Virus record (IMG/VR): IMGVR_UViG_3300025264_000051
Location: 1-34,005 of that record
Reading direction: 5' to 3' (one strand)
DNA length: 34,005 nt
Source: a virus
Taxonomy: Duplodnaviria > Caudoviricetes
A program made the position numbers and the translations under genes. The notes under the pieces are model-generated. The model ran no database searches. It was given only the letters and a program-made list of their open reading frames with translations, and had not been told where the DNA came from. This document shows, in pieces, positions 24,762 through 34,005 of the stretch; position 1 is the stretch's first letter; each line of letters opens with the position of its first letter.

Positions 24762-24940
24762 AATTAAAAGCACGAGTATCTATTGTTTTAGAAGTGGATG
24801 AGGATGAATTTCCTATGCCTGTTGATGGTGATCCTACAGAAGAGCTAGAAGATATGTTATCAGAAGTATTAGAACATCTTGATGGAACACAAGTTTTAAA
24901 TTTAAGGGTAAAATGTACGGGAGGACGTATAGATGACTGA
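24758..24940 (+). CDS. small acidic hypothetical protein
   Basis: 60 aa, GTG start; overlaps both neighbours. Confidence 0.7.
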   Translation: MKLKARVSIVLEVDEDEFPMPVDGDPTEELEDMLSEVLEHLDGTQVLNLRVKCTGGRIDD

Positions 24941-26852
24941 CTTGATGAGTAACTATCAAACAATTATTGCCATGTCTCGTTATGCTAGGTGGATGGAAGG
25001 AGAATCTCGTAGAGAAATATGGGAGGAAACAGTAACAAGATTATTAGATTTCTATAAATCTTTCTTATTTAAAAATCATAAGTATTCTATGAAGAAGGAG
25101 ATGTATACAGACTTATATACTTCTATAGTATCTATGCGGGTTATGCCCTCTATGAGGGCTATGATGACCGCTGGGCCAGCATTAGAGCGCAACCACATAG
25201 CGGCATACAACTGCAGCTACTTGCCTGTGGATAGCCCAAGAGCTTTTGATGAGTGTTTATATATTCTTATGCATGGTACTGGAGTTGGGTTCAGTGTAGA
25301 GAGGCAGTACATCTCCCAGCTTCCAAGAGTTCCAGATGAATTTGAGGACAGTGAAACTACTATTATAGTTCAAGATTCTAAAGAGGGTTGGCATAGAAGC
25401 TATAAAGAATTACTAAACTTATTATATGCTGGCATGGTTCCTAAGTGGGACATGACTAAGGTGCGTCCTGCCGGGGCCAAGTTAAAAACTTTTGGAGGTA
25501 GAGCCAGTGGTGCTGATCCTCTACATAATCTATTTGTATTCACAGTTAATACCTTTAAGAAGTCTGCTGGCCGAAGATTGTCCAGCATAGAGTGCCACGA
25601 TATTATGTGTAAAATTGCTGATGTAGTTATAGTAGGAGGAGTACGTAGGTCTGCTTTAATTAGTCTATCTAATTTATCTGATGATCGTATGCGTCACTCC
25701 AAGTCTGGCTCATGGTGGGAAACAGAGCCACAAAGAGCACTATCAAATAACAGTGTATGCTATACTGAAAAGCCTGACATAGGTACATTCATGCGAGAGT
25801 GGGTTGCTCTATATGAAAGTAAGTCTGGTGAACGTGGTATCTTTAATAGAATATCAGCACAGACACAAGCTGCCAAGTATGAAAGACGGGATGCAGATGT
25901 AGACTACGGTACTAATCCTTGCAGTGAAATCATACTGCGCCCCAAACAATTCTGTAATCTTTCAGAGGTTGTGGTTCGTGAAGATGATACAGTAAAAACA
26001 TTACATAGAAAGGTAGAGCTTGCTACTGTACTTGGAACAATACAATCCTGTTTCACAGATTTTAAAAGTATAAGTAAACAGTGGACTCGTAACACAGAAG
26101 AGGAGAGATTGCTTGGAGTATCATTGACAGGTATCATGGACAATAAACTATTGTCCAATAAAACTAAGGATGATTTACCTGTAGTTTTAAATGAGCTTAG
26201 ATTGACAGCATTAAAAACAAATGAGAAGTGGGCTAAGATATTTAATATCGAACCCTCTGCTGCTATCACTTGTGTCAAGCCAAGCGGTACAGTCAGTCAG
26301 CTTGTCGATGCTGCCAGTGGCATTCATCCACGACACAATCCTTATTACATAAGAACAATAAGGGCAGACAAGAAAGACCCACTAACACAGTTCTTGATTG
26401 ATCAAGGCTTTCCACATGAAGATGCAACAGAAAAACCAGACAGCCTGACTGTCCTATCCTTTCCGTTTCAATCTCCTAGTGGAGCAATAACCAGAAAAGA
26501 AATCTCTGCTATAGAACACTTGACTTTGTGGCAGATATATGCTAAGTATTGGTGTGAACACAAGCCCTCTATTACAGTGAGTGTAAAAGAAAAGGAGTGG
26601 TTGCAGGTAGCTAACTTTGTATACAATAACTTTGAGGATATGTCTGGTGTAAGTTTTCTTCCTATGTCAGAGCACTCGTACAGACAGGCCCCTTATCAGG
26701 ACTGCAGTGAAAAAGAATACAAAGAACTGCTAAGTAAGATGCCAAAGGAAGTTGATTGGAAATTGTTTGATGACTATGAAAAAGAAGATTCAACTACAGG
26801 ATCACAAGAACTTGCTTGCGTAGCAAATGTTTGTGAACTCGTTGACCTATGA
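24933..26852 (+). CDS. nrdJ: class II (adenosylcobalamin-dependent) ribonucleotide reductase
   Basis: MPSMRAM, YNC, GTGVGFS, GGVRRSA, TNPCSEI, FCNLSEV, TCVKPSGT, C-terminal ACVANVC; no beta subunit adjacent. Confidence 0.92.
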   Translation: MTDLMSNYQTIIAMSRYARWMEGESRREIWEETVTRLLDFYKSFLFKNHKYSMKKEMYTDLYTSIVSMRVMPSMRAMMTAGPALERNHIAAYNCSYLPVDSPRAFDECLYILMHGTGVGFSVERQYISQLPRVPDEFEDSETTIIVQDSKEGWHRSYKELLNLLYAGMVPKWDMTKVRPAGAKLKTFGGRASGADPLHNLFVFTVNTFKKSAGRRLSSIECHDIMCKIADVVIVGGVRRSALISLSNLSDDRMRHSKSGSWWETEPQRALSNNSVCYTEKPDIGTFMREWVALYESKSGERGIFNRISAQTQAAKYERRDADVDYGTNPCSEIILRPKQFCNLSEVVVREDDTVKTLHRKVELATVLGTIQSCFTDFKSISKQWTRNTEEERLLGVSLTGIMDNKLLSNKTKDDLPVVLNELRLTALKTNEKWAKIFNIEPSAAITCVKPSGTVSQLVDAASGIHPRHNPYYIRTIRADKKDPLTQFLIDQGFPHEDATEKPDSLTVLSFPFQSPSGAITRKEISAIEHLTLWQIYAKYWCEHKPSITVSVKEKEWLQVANFVYNNFEDMSGVSFLPMSEHSYRQAPYQDCSEKEYKELLSKMPKEVDWKLFDDYEKEDSTTGSQELACVANVCELVDL

Positions 26853-26962
26853 GAAAGACTAGTACATTCACAGTAAAGAAAAGGATAACACGAAGGCATA
26901 AACCTAAGCATCTTAGACACAGAAAAAAGTTAGGACCAAAATCATCATGGAGAAACAAATGA
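26849..26962 (+). CDS. small very basic peptide (37 aa)
   Basis: Hand translation MRKTSTFTVKKRITRRHKPKHLRHRKKLGPKSSWRNK; ATGA overlaps at both ends. Confidence 0.55.
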   Translation: MRKTSTFTVKKRITRRHKPKHLRHRKKLGPKSSWRNK

Positions 26963-27132
26963 AAAAAGATAGACAACCACCGCTTTCTATTCAAGTAGAT
27001 AAAGGATACAAAGCTTTTCACCGGGGCAAGATTACAAACCCTTACAAGCAGGACACTGCATTCTATAAAGAATGGGAGCGGGGATTTAATAAAGCTTACT
27101 TTGAAAACCTGAAGAAACTACATGCGGCTTGA
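26959..27132 (+). CDS. small protein with a ribosome-modulation-factor-like motif
   Basis: GYKAFHRG...NPY...EWERGF resembles the Rmf pattern GY.AG..G...CPY...W..GW; GGAG RBS before the ATG at 26959. Confidence 0.6.
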   Translation: MKKDRQPPLSIQVDKGYKAFHRGKITNPYKQDTAFYKEWERGFNKAYFENLKKLHAA

Positions 27133-27155
27133 ACAAGAAGCAAGGGAATGGATAC

Positions 27156-27184
27156 AAAAAAAGAGGGGCGTCAAGCCCCCCTTT
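27156..27184. terminator. probable bidirectional terminator between convergent modules
   Basis: A7-GAGGGGC-GTCAA-GCCCCCC-TTT; the U-tract is stronger for the minus strand. Confidence 0.65.
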
Positions 27185-27245
27185 CCTATTAAGTATGATG
27201 TTAAATTAATTATTATACTGATACATTTTTATATATTATATTGTC

Positions 27246-30200
27246 TTATTTTGCTTTAGGTTTTTTATATTGTAAAGCCGTGAGATAATCTTCTGTGTCA
27301 TTAATATTTTTTCCAGTAGCTTTTTTATATCTTTCTGCTGCGGCTCTTCTTTTTGTAGCATCCATAGCAGTAAATTCCCATCTAGCAACTTCATGAGCGT
27401 GACTAGGACTTCTTTCCGACACAGCAATTCTAGCATTTTCTTTTGCTCTTTGTTTTAATGGCCCTAGTGCGTCTTTAAATTCTTCTCTTCTAAGGTTTAT
27501 TGATTTATTTCTATACCTAGAAGAGGTTATAAGAGGTTCTAATTCTCTCTTTGCTATAATACCCATTTGCCTTTTGTATTCTCTGTTCATGTCAGCATTT
27601 CCCCACCTACGTATGTAATCTTGTCTTGCTAACCCCAGTGAGAAAAGTTCTTTATCTATAAGGGGAGTACCCTTTCTATCCATGATAAGAGTAGTACCAG
27701 TTGTTTGTCTTCTAAAGGGAAGAAATCTAGTTCTTCCTTCTCTTATAGTAGGAAAGGTTAGTTCAATTTGATCTCCCCTACCAGCCTGTAAAAGATCAGA
27801 GTCCTTGTATTCTCCTGTTATTCCAAAAAATTTCTCTGTGTTTCTCATAGCTTCCGTATTAGGGAAGGTGCGTAGTAGTTGATTAAAAAAGTACCGACCT
27901 AAATCTACTCTATCCGTATCCATAATTTTTCTGCCTTCAGGATCAAAGGAAGCTTGTAAGTCTCTGAACATTCCTACAGGAATGGTAAAAGTATTAAGAT
28001 AGTTTGCAGCAAAACCCGTAGCAATTTTTTCAGCAGCATCACTACCTTTAGTAGTCTCGTCTGATCCTAAATCTGCCGCCCACATAGCCACGTCTTGTAT
28101 CAGTCTATCTGTTATATATAATCCTGTTCCGACACGGCTCTGTATTCCAGAAAAGGCTTTAAAAGCCTCTCTTAAATTTACTTTATTTAAATTGGTTCGT
28201 ACATCTTCTTTAGTTTTAATAAGAGGAATAGAATATTTATTAGTTCCTTCTGACATTCTATATATTAGATCAGCCGCAAACATGAAAGGAGCAAAGGGAC
28301 CAAGCAATGCTGTTATATCGTGAGTTTTTCCTTGATCGTCTACATAATGATTCCAGGCTACCTCTGGTCCTTGAGTAAGTTTAATCTGATAGGCTGTTCC
28401 AAGCATTGACATACCAGTTACCTGTTGAGCAAGTCTTTTCTGTAGCTCTCCTCTTCCTAATTTTTTACCGGGTGTAGCAGCTTTTAATAAAGGAGATATC
28501 ATTCCTATTATAGGCATGTGTCTATATATAAATTCAGTTTGGTTAGCTAAGTATCTTGGAAAAGGAATAACAGAGGTCCATAAAGGAGCTAAGTTAGAGT
28601 GGGCTATAGTGTTTATAAATTTTCCAGCAAAACTATCTGGAGAATAAGATTTTTGATATACTAGATGTAGCGTTTCAGCTATAGCTTCTTCATGTGCTTC
28701 ATGGTTATCTAAAAGAAGTTCTTTTAACTTTCCTTTTCTAATAACCTCATTTAATTCGGCTGTTCCCCCAGCTATTTTTCTTATTTCAGCTAATAGAACA
28801 GTCTTTTTTACTGCATTGTCTACAAAAGTATTAAGAACATTTACTGCTCTTCCTGCTTTGGCTAAAGAACTTTCTGGGTTCACGCTAGTTGCAGTGTCCA
28901 TTGCTGCCCTAAAGAGACGTTGAGCACCTTTTTCTCCTACAGCTTCTGTGTATACTTCTGCAAAAATATCTGCAGAAGCTTTATCAAATAAATCAAAAGG
29001 AATTTTAGCTGCAGAAGCCAGACGTTTTCTAATAGTGCTATTCTCTGTCCCGGTTAAAACATATTCTATCATATGTAAAGGTAATCGTAGCCCAACATTC
29101 TCCATATTTCTTATGGTTGTAGTAAATTGAGAAGTCATTAATCGTAAACGAAATTTATTAGCTTCCTGCATCCATGCATTGGCACGTTTACCCATGCTAC
29201 CAATTCGTGTTAAATACTCTACCTCTTCTACACTGGTAGGACTCATAGAGTGTAAAGTTTTTTGTAAAGAGTCACGCCTGTCTTTAGCAGCTTTTCTAGC
29301 CTCTATTCCACTATAAGTAGCATAATGTTTTACTGTACGCATACTCCGCAAAGTACGGGCTGCTTCAGAAACCTCTGCCATAAACAGGTGAGATAAATCT
29401 TCCATATTTAAATTATATTTAAGAGCAATTTTTCTAAGCTCTATAGTATCAAGTGTTCCATCCGCAATAGCTGATGACACTCGTTCAGTTATTCGTGCTA
29501 AAGGATCACCTGAATTAAAACCAACTCGTTCTGCAATTTCTACTGCTGCTGCTTTTATTCCATCTACAGTTTCCCTTGAAAGACCTGCAACAAGTTCCTC
29601 TCCATCTGGGCCAAGTTCTTTTTTAATAAGTATACCTGCCTCTACTTTGGCAGCATCCAATGCTCTTAGTTGTTTGTCTGCCCAATTTATGGTACGCTTA
29701 TCTTTAGGCTTTGGAGAAGACAGAACTTTTTTTGTTTGCTCTATAGCTTCTTCTCGTGATCTTGCTAGAGCAGTGTCTCCCTCTTCCGCTACCTTGGCAA
29801 ACTTTCTTCCTTTTCTCATTGCTGCAAAAGCAATGGGAAGTCCTTCCAGTGTTCCACCCGCTACTCCTAACGGAACACCTACAGCAGCCCTTTTTATAGC
29901 TTCTCCTTCAGGTGCTCTACCTATTACCTCTTCAAATTTTCCTTCCCATGCTCCATGAAGACCACCAGCAGCCCCTTCTACTACCATAGCAGGGGCAGCA
30001 GCCCTTAGAAGACTTCTGAAGCCAATGCCCATAGCTTGGACTCTAGTTAGCTGTGCAGCAGGTGCATCAACCATTGCTTTAGCTGCAGCTAATCCTCTTT
30101 TCCCTAGGCCCCCTCTTGTTTTTAAAAAAGCAGTATATCCTCCGCTTGCTAAAAGAGATATCCATGTAGAAGGAGACTGTCCCAAGCCTTCTAGATAATC

Positions 30201-30527
30201 TAGTCCCGCTTGCATTCCTCTTTCGGATAGAAATCCTTTTCCTTCAAAACTTTCTATGCGATCAAACACATGAGATAAATTACGTAATCTTGTTTTAGTT
30301 TTGTTATCGGAATCTTGTGCGTACTGTAGGTCACCCATGATTTGTTTTTCATCTACAGAAGATTTGCGCCAGTGCTCAAGGTAAGCATCGAAAGCTTCCT
30401 CATGTGTAGCATGAAACTCATTATTTCTACCAGCATTAAAACTATATAAATCATTTATAAAATCTTGATCACTTAATAAATAACCACGATTCATTTTTTC
30501 ATCTGGAAGAGATGCATAATCAGCCAT
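27246..30527 (-). CDS. large probable internal virion (ejection) protein
   Basis: 1093-aa Ala/Gly-rich helical protein at the end of the late operon; function inferred from size and position. Confidence 0.65.
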   Translation of the reverse strand: MADYASLPDEKMNRGYLLSDQDFINDLYSFNAGRNNEFHATHEEAFDAYLEHWRKSSVDEKQIMGDLQYAQDSDNKTKTRLRNLSHVFDRIESFEGKGFLSERGMQAGLDYLEGLGQSPSTWISLLASGGYTAFLKTRGGLGKRGLAAAKAMVDAPAAQLTRVQAMGIGFRSLLRAAAPAMVVEGAAGGLHGAWEGKFEEVIGRAPEGEAIKRAAVGVPLGVAGGTLEGLPIAFAAMRKGRKFAKVAEEGDTALARSREEAIEQTKKVLSSPKPKDKRTINWADKQLRALDAAKVEAGILIKKELGPDGEELVAGLSRETVDGIKAAAVEIAERVGFNSGDPLARITERVSSAIADGTLDTIELRKIALKYNLNMEDLSHLFMAEVSEAARTLRSMRTVKHYATYSGIEARKAAKDRRDSLQKTLHSMSPTSVEEVEYLTRIGSMGKRANAWMQEANKFRLRLMTSQFTTTIRNMENVGLRLPLHMIEYVLTGTENSTIRKRLASAAKIPFDLFDKASADIFAEVYTEAVGEKGAQRLFRAAMDTATSVNPESSLAKAGRAVNVLNTFVDNAVKKTVLLAEIRKIAGGTAELNEVIRKGKLKELLLDNHEAHEEAIAETLHLVYQKSYSPDSFAGKFINTIAHSNLAPLWTSVIPFPRYLANQTEFIYRHMPIIGMISPLLKAATPGKKLGRGELQKRLAQQVTGMSMLGTAYQIKLTQGPEVAWNHYVDDQGKTHDITALLGPFAPFMFAADLIYRMSEGTNKYSIPLIKTKEDVRTNLNKVNLREAFKAFSGIQSRVGTGLYITDRLIQDVAMWAADLGSDETTKGSDAAEKIATGFAANYLNTFTIPVGMFRDLQASFDPEGRKIMDTDRVDLGRYFFNQLLRTFPNTEAMRNTEKFFGITGEYKDSDLLQAGRGDQIELTFPTIREGRTRFLPFRRQTTGTTLIMDRKGTPLIDKELFSLGLARQDYIRRWGNADMNREYKRQMGIIAKRELEPLITSSRYRNKSINLRREEFKDALGPLKQRAKENARIAVSERSPSHAHEVARWEFTAMDATKRRAAAERYKKATGKNINDTEDYLTALQYKKPKAK

Positions 30528-30883
30528 TATTTTTCACCTTCACCATTATGAGAAACATCTTTTATCTGTTCGTTTAATTCCGCTATTCTTTCTGCTCTGG
30601 TGCGCCGCCATTCAGGTAGGTCTGCCTTGGCTTCAGTTAACAAGGCAGTGTATGCAGTCATCTGATTAATCTCTAGAGTACGTACTCTATCAATCAATCT
30701 AATTATCATAGTCTGTTGAGCACCTAAAGATTTATGAATATCGTCTTGCTTGTCTGCAATATCTTTCTTTAAATCTTTTAATACAAAAGCCATCAGTTTC
30801 CATAAAGCTACTCCCCCAGCTAGGGCAACAGCTAGGGGAATACCTAATGTCTCGACAAGTTTGATAATAGAATTTACTGGCAT
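30527..30883 (-). CDS. holin-like membrane protein
   Basis: N-terminal TM (LGIPLAVALAGGVALWKLMAFV) followed by a coiled coil. Confidence 0.5.
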   Translation of the reverse strand: MPVNSIIKLVETLGIPLAVALAGGVALWKLMAFVLKDLKKDIADKQDDIHKSLGAQQTMIIRLIDRVRTLEINQMTAYTALLTEAKADLPEWRRTRAERIAELNEQIKDVSHNGEGEK

Positions 30884-30892
30884 TATTTTATA

Positions 30893-32566
30893 TCATATTT
30901 TTTTAAAGTATTCTTTTAGTTTATCTAGTTCGCCTGATTGTATGGCTTTATTTATAGAATGAGGAAGACCAAAGAACTCTTTTCCTAGAAAATCACTGTC
31001 CATAATATCAGCAACATTAGGACTTTGCCCTTTAGAAAAAACTTTCTGACCTCCTTTAATTGGCATGTAAGCTATTTTAAGTTTACCAGCAGCTATAATA
31101 TTTGGTAGTGCCGTTTCTATAGCCTTCTTAATTTCCAACTTTTCAGGTACAGTTGGTTTATTTAGTATTTTTACACTGGCTATTTTTTGTATTACTGAAA
31201 ATCCTGGTCTTTTAGAGGGAGTTACTACCTTCGGTGGTGCCGGTATCGGTGTTTGTGAAGTTAATCTATTTAACCTATTTACAGTCACAGTTTTAGTAGC
31301 GTTATATATATCCGTCCCTTTATCTCGTCTAGAATATACGGCAGTGGGAATGCCGCCCGTTCCTGGCAATGTTAAACGATTATAAAATGCTGTTCCTTTT
31401 CCATCTCCTACTTGAGAATCCAATATTGCTGCAGATATATATATCTGATCTACTAATACAGCTTCATCCCAAGTATTTTTTAGAAGGATTCCGTAATCAA
31501 CATCACGAGTTTGTCCATCATGTATAAGACTTGCCATACTTGAAACAGCATGTTGTGCTACCCGTTTAAGAAGTTCAGTTTTTTTTCCTCCTTTCCAATC
31601 AAAAGTAATTCCTCCTGTTTTAGCGTCCTCTATAACCGTTGCTCCCATAGTATCAGCAATAGTTTTAGCTGTTTGAGATAGCATACCTCTAAAATTAGTA
31701 CCAATTTGTCTCTGATTTGCAGTTGCTTTACCCTTTTCTGCTAATGCTCGTGCTTTACTATACAAGCCAGCCTGCATGTCCTTTTCCATACTCACTAATT
31801 TTCCTGCTACATCTAAGCCTACATCTGTAAACTCTTGGCCCAGAGCATTAACATTTAATGTCATGTTTAATGCATTTGCTATTTGTTTTTCTTTCTTTAC
31901 GGCATTTTCAGCTTGCATTCTTGTTATTGGGTCTAGGGGTTTTGACAAAAGACCAGGAGCAAGAGCTTCTTGTATATCTCTAGTTCCCTCAATGTCTGAA
32001 GCCACTGTAGAAATATCGTCACCACTAAATGCAGCAAGTTGTGCATACACACTATCCTTTAACATTTCAGGACTTCTAGCACCTAATGATTTAGCTATAT
32101 TTTTTTGTAGATCAGAAGACTTATCAGATATATAAGGTAATATATTTCCTACAATACGTTGTTTAAAGAAGTCGTCAAAGCTAGTATACGTTTCAGCGGG
32201 GGGTTCATAATCGTCAGGTATCATTTTTAGCTCTTTAAATTTTTTTAAGTTATTTATTCTTTGACCTGTTTTTTGTTCCCACGATGTCATATCATCAACG
32301 AATGCTTTTGCTCTCTCTTCTCCTGCTCCTAATATATTGTATTTTAAATTTTTATTTTCATCTGGAATAAATCTTGACAAGGCAGCATCAAGTTCCCTAA
32401 GTCTGCGCTTTTTTAGTTTTCTTTCTTTTCTTTCACTAATTAATTCTGGCAAAAATATACCAAGCATTTGAGCTTGCCTTTGTTTTTCAGCAAGTCTGTC
32501 TTGAGTATATTCAGTAGTAAGTTGTTTTGTGGCACCACCAAGCGCACCTAGAAAACTAAATCCCAT
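30893..32566 (-). CDS. probable internal virion protein
   Basis: 557 aa, N-terminus MGFSFLGALGGA; position in the late operon. Confidence 0.6.
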   Translation of the reverse strand: MGFSFLGALGGATKQLTTEYTQDRLAEKQRQAQMLGIFLPELISERKERKLKKRRLRELDAALSRFIPDENKNLKYNILGAGEERAKAFVDDMTSWEQKTGQRINNLKKFKELKMIPDDYEPPAETYTSFDDFFKQRIVGNILPYISDKSSDLQKNIAKSLGARSPEMLKDSVYAQLAAFSGDDISTVASDIEGTRDIQEALAPGLLSKPLDPITRMQAENAVKKEKQIANALNMTLNVNALGQEFTDVGLDVAGKLVSMEKDMQAGLYSKARALAEKGKATANQRQIGTNFRGMLSQTAKTIADTMGATVIEDAKTGGITFDWKGGKKTELLKRVAQHAVSSMASLIHDGQTRDVDYGILLKNTWDEAVLVDQIYISAAILDSQVGDGKGTAFYNRLTLPGTGGIPTAVYSRRDKGTDIYNATKTVTVNRLNRLTSQTPIPAPPKVVTPSKRPGFSVIQKIASVKILNKPTVPEKLEIKKAIETALPNIIAAGKLKIAYMPIKGGQKVFSKGQSPNVADIMDSDFLGKEFFGLPHSINKAIQSGELDKLKEYFKKI

Positions 32567-33102
32567 TACTCTTCTCCTTGTTCAGTAATAGATGGTCTTG
32601 CCATTAAGCCTGTTTGAATTTCTTCAAGTCCTTCTTCAGCAATTTCTATAAGTTCATCTGGCTCATCTTCCATTTCTTCTTCTTCTTCTGATTCTTTTAT
32701 GGCAGCATGAACCAATGTCCCATCTTCTCCTGAAGCCTCTTCTAATCCTGTTCTATGTTCAACGCCTACAACATCAGCTAGTCCTGTTATAAAATGAAAT
32801 AGAGCAGGAGCAATTATTATTCCTACATCAAGAGTATGTAGTCCCTCCATTACTCCCGCTACAATAATAGAGTCTACGAGAGCAGTTACAGGGAATCCTC
32901 TTTCTAAAACATCAAACAGCTTATGTACTTTGTTTTTAAAAGAAAGTTCTTTTATATAAAAATTTAATGCATCAGCAGAGTCAGGATACTTTGCTGGTTT
33001 TTCCCAAGGTCTATTTCCAGGCTCTGTCGTAAGAGACATGCCTGGAGTGGGAGCAAGAAATCTGGCAGTATCAAAATTAGGCACTAGCTTGTTCTCCTTC
33101 AT
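32566..33102 (-). CDS. conserved-type podovirus hypothetical protein
   Basis: APTPGMSLTTEPGNRPWEKP...GVMEGLHTLDVG...GLMAR. Confidence 0.8.
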   Translation of the reverse strand: MKENKLVPNFDTARFLAPTPGMSLTTEPGNRPWEKPAKYPDSADALNFYIKELSFKNKVHKLFDVLERGFPVTALVDSIIVAGVMEGLHTLDVGIIIAPALFHFITGLADVVGVEHRTGLEEASGEDGTLVHAAIKESEEEEEMEDEPDELIEIAEEGLEEIQTGLMARPSITEQGEE

Positions 33103-33499
33103 CCATTGGAATATGTGCTTGCCTTCTTAAATCTTGTAACATTTTATTTACCGTTTGTAAGTGTGCTAATTGTGGAGTATCTGGACCTTTGGGTTCTGGC
33201 ATAGGAGACTTAGCTTTGGGACTACCTATACCTCTTTTTACTTCCCGTTCTTCGATGTCTTCTGTTATCTCTTCCCAAAATTCTTTGGTGGTAAGACCTA
33301 CTGCTTGCGCTGTTCGGCTTCGTGTATTTTTTATTGTGCGTTCTAAATGAGCTATAGTAGCTGCATCTAGTCCCGAAGTCATAAGAGCTATTTCATCTAG
33401 GGCTGCAGAACTTGGTGTGGGTTCTTGTACAGCAGCAAGTTCTTCTAAACGAGCTTTAACCATTTCATCAAGCACTTTATTGGTAAGTCCAATTTCCAT
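33077..33499 (-). CDS. hypothetical protein
   Basis: 140-aa ORF in operon; GGAGG upstream. Confidence 0.7.
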   Translation of the reverse strand: MEIGLTNKVLDEMVKARLEELAAVQEPTPSSAALDEIALMTSGLDAATIAHLERTIKNTRSRTAQAVGLTTKEFWEEITEDIEEREVKRGIGSPKAKSPMPEPKGPDTPQLAHLQTVNKMLQDLRRQAHIPMDEGEQASA

Positions 33500-33518
33500 T
33501 ATCTATTTTTATCCTCCT

Positions 33519-34004
33519 TTATGCTGTTCCGAACAAGCCTTTCACAACACCTGTCAATGAATCTTTAAATACGCTACCTATAAAACCACCAATACTTCTA
33601 GAGTCTTCTCTATCTGCTTTGAAGTCTGCTAAATCTCTGGAAGAATTATTATTAAGTGTGGCAATCTGTAAAGTAGAAATCCTATCAAGTTCACTTTCTC
33701 CTGCTGAGAAGGCCAATTCTAAAACATCTCTATACTCTTGCCATAAATTATCATAGGCAACATTACTTATATTAAGTAGGTTCTGAGCATTAAGTTGATT
33801 TTGAAAATTTAAGGCAGCAGTATCTGCAGTCGCAATTTCTCTGCGCCATACAGCATTACTCTGTTCAATAGCAAGTTGGTTACGTGCATTAAACTGTTCT
33901 CTTTGATTTACAATTTCTGAATTAAATCTCTGTAAAGCATTTACTTCTCCAGCATTAAACTGGTTCATGGCATTTGATTGTGCTGTATTATTTTGACCAA
34001 TACT
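33519..34004 (-). CDS. 3' end of an Asn/Gln-rich probable virion protein (truncated by the window edge)
   Basis: Frame stays open from 33968 to the window edge; NQFNA/QRFNS/EQFNA repeats. Confidence 0.75.
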   Translation of the reverse strand, partial: SIGQNNTAQSNAMNQFNAGEVNALQRFNSEIVNQREQFNARNQLAIEQSNAVWRREIATADTAALNFQNQLNAQNLLNISNVAYDNLWQEYRDVLELAFSAGESELDRISTLQIATLNNNSSRDLADFKADREDSRSIGGFIGSVFKDSLTGVVKGLFGTA

Positions 34005-34005
34005 A

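Overview
This 34 kb window comes from an AT-rich, podovirus-like dsDNA phage that most resembles HMO-2011-type marine phages. The evidence is a PolA with an inserted DnaJ-type zinc finger, the order tyrosine integrase-primase-helicase-PolA-SSB-exonuclease-endonuclease I-class II RNR, and no phage RNA polymerase in the window. Layout: (i) 1-5586, minus strand: a tandem array of basic proteins sharing a C-terminal GG-repeat tail, an unannotated 41-aa metallothionein-like ORF and a MazG-like pyrophosphatase. (ii) ~5590-6190: a divergent control and possible terminus region. (iii) 6195-15470, plus strand: small early/accessory genes punctuated by ten copies of a ~46-bp covarying hairpin, a second hairpin family and a candidate structured ncRNA. 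(iv) 15999-27132: the replication and nucleotide-metabolism module. (v) 27246-34005, minus strand: probable internal virion genes. The most unusual elements are the hairpin-delimited, cassette-like early gene array and the GG-tail protein array. All calls come from reading motifs by eye; no database search was run.
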